From an uncultured archaeon (GTDB lineage Archaea > Asgardarchaeota > Jordiarchaeia > Jordiarchaeales > Jordiarchaeaceae), in NCBI GenBank assembly GCA_964510585.1, contig CAZECW010000207.1:1-7299 (forward strand): DNA of 7,299 bases. The letters run 5' to 3'. How positions within the stretch are numbered: the first letter of the stretch is position 1; each line of letters starts with the position of its first letter. Below are positions 6,684-7,299 of the stretch, piece after piece. The notes under the pieces were generated by a model, which saw nothing but the letters and a program-made list of their open reading frames with translations, made no database searches and was not told the origin of the DNA. Made by a program: the position numbers and the translations under genes.

Positions 6684-7021
6684 ATGAGAACCTTCTCAGA
6701 AATAGATGAGGAAAATTAAAGAAGCTTCGCAATTCCACTAAGGGATTCTCAAATACGAGAAAAATTGGATGAAAAAAAGGAGTAAAAACTGTTAAGGAAG
6801 AGGAATATGTGTATGAATCTGAGATGCATTTCCTTAGGTTGAAAATGTTTCAATAGTTTTTGTCTCACCACTTTTCATAGAGAGGTAGATATCTACGCAA
6901 GTTTTTTGTGTAAAGGGGGGATATTATTCTTGATGGCTCAAACCATTTAGAATTCGCCACAAAAATGTTCCAAAAGTGGTCTGACAGAGCTCTCATCAAA
7001 AAAGTGAGAGTAAACTTTTGA
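6684..7021 (+). pseudogene. Possible decayed ORF remnant of unknown family
   Basis: RBS GGAG 6675-6678 before ATG 6684, then protein-like pieces (MRTFSEIDEEN*RSFAIPLRDSQIREKLDEK; GVKTVKEEEYVYESEMHFLRLKMFQ*; GDIILDGSNHLEFATKMFQKWSDRALIKKVRVNF*) broken by stops and by shifts at the A7 (6772-6778) and G6 (6915-6920) runs. Confidence 0.2.
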
Positions 7022-7143
7022 GCCTACCTAATTTTTTCTAAAAAGTATATTAGTCATACTTCGGTTAACGCATTAATTACAAACCCTTGGCGAGAAAGCC
7101 CCCAACTTCAAGTCGTGGGGATGAATCGCCAAAAAGCTTATTT

Positions 7144-7161
7144 GAAAGTAGGGTATATAAA
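7144..7161 (+). promoter_or_regulatory. TATA box inside the IS left end
   Basis: TATATAAA 7154-7161 after a purine-rich stretch. It reads TTTATATA on the minus strand, so the direction is not fixed by the box alone. Confidence 0.45.
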
Positions 7162-7181
7162 TAGTTGTTGGTAGCTGAAGG

Positions 7182-7292
7182 GTTTGGCTTGGGCTCAAGG
7201 AGGCTAAACAAGACGCAGCCCCCATGAGGGTGCCAACATAGACGCCGTTCCCTTTGAGGGAAGGGCGTGTTAACTGGGTGATGGCACACCCA
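7182..7292 (+). ncRNA. Candidate structured RNA or 5' leader with four consecutive hairpins
   Basis: Stems 7182-7190/7201-7209 (9 bp with 2 G-U), 7215-7233, 7242-7268 (11 bp, one mismatch) and 7275-7280/7287-7292. It begins ~20 nt after the TATA box. Confidence 0.4.
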
Positions 7293-7299
7293 TTGCTTC

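Larger units (their letters stand above)
7081..7299 (+). mobile_element. Left end of an IS200/IS605-family (Y1 HUH) element, continuing beyond the window
   Basis: TTAC (7077-7080), a 14-nt spacer, AAAG (7095-7098), then the imperfect hairpin CCCCCAACT-TCA-AGTCGTGGGG (7099-7120) with a bulged T, enclosed by an outer stem GGCGA/TCGCC (7089-7093/7126-7130). This is the same layout as the IS608 left end (TTAC target, AAAG guide, CCCC...TGGGG hairpin). Confidence 0.82.

Noticed and set aside
7089-7130. Hairpin read as a TnpB right end / omega-RNA terminus on the minus strand, or as a rho-independent terminator
   Set aside because: The AAAG guide, outer stem and upstream TTAC match left-end architecture on the + strand. 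A right end would have a GAAT-type guide and end in TCAA/TCAC. There is no T-tract directly after the stem on +.
7077-7289. 70-aa minus-strand ORF as a stand-alone gene
   Set aside because: It overlaps the IS left-end hairpin, whose reverse complement often gives such peptides, and has no clear motif. It cannot be fully excluded as the tail of a gene entering from outside the window.

Overview
AT-rich window, very probably archaeal: BRE/TATA promoters, GGGTG/GGAG-type ribosome-binding sites, many GTG/TTG starts. An Asgard-type host is an inference only. Left to right: (1) the 3' part of an IS1595-family DDE transposase with two +1 frameshifts, each at a GGGG run, whose last segment is in frame with (2) a ~217-aa HEAT-repeat protein (974-1627). 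(3) Three tandem, highly diverged paralogs of a ~400-420-aa protein (1932-3179; 3274-4535, split at 4336-4341; 4550-5749). Each has about 6 TM helices with conserved loop motifs (YP[RH]F, EFPxY) and two C-terminal winged-helix-like modules. I do not recognise the family, and it is the best candidate for an undescribed system. (4) A convergent Dph6/DUF71-like PP-loop ATPase on the minus strand. (5) A palindrome-rich spacer with a possible decayed ORF. (6) The left end of an IS200/IS605-family element with IS608-like architecture (TTAC target, AAAG guide, bulged hairpin), followed by a TATA box and four consecutive hairpins that run to the window edge. No rRNA, tRNA or CRISPR array was seen.
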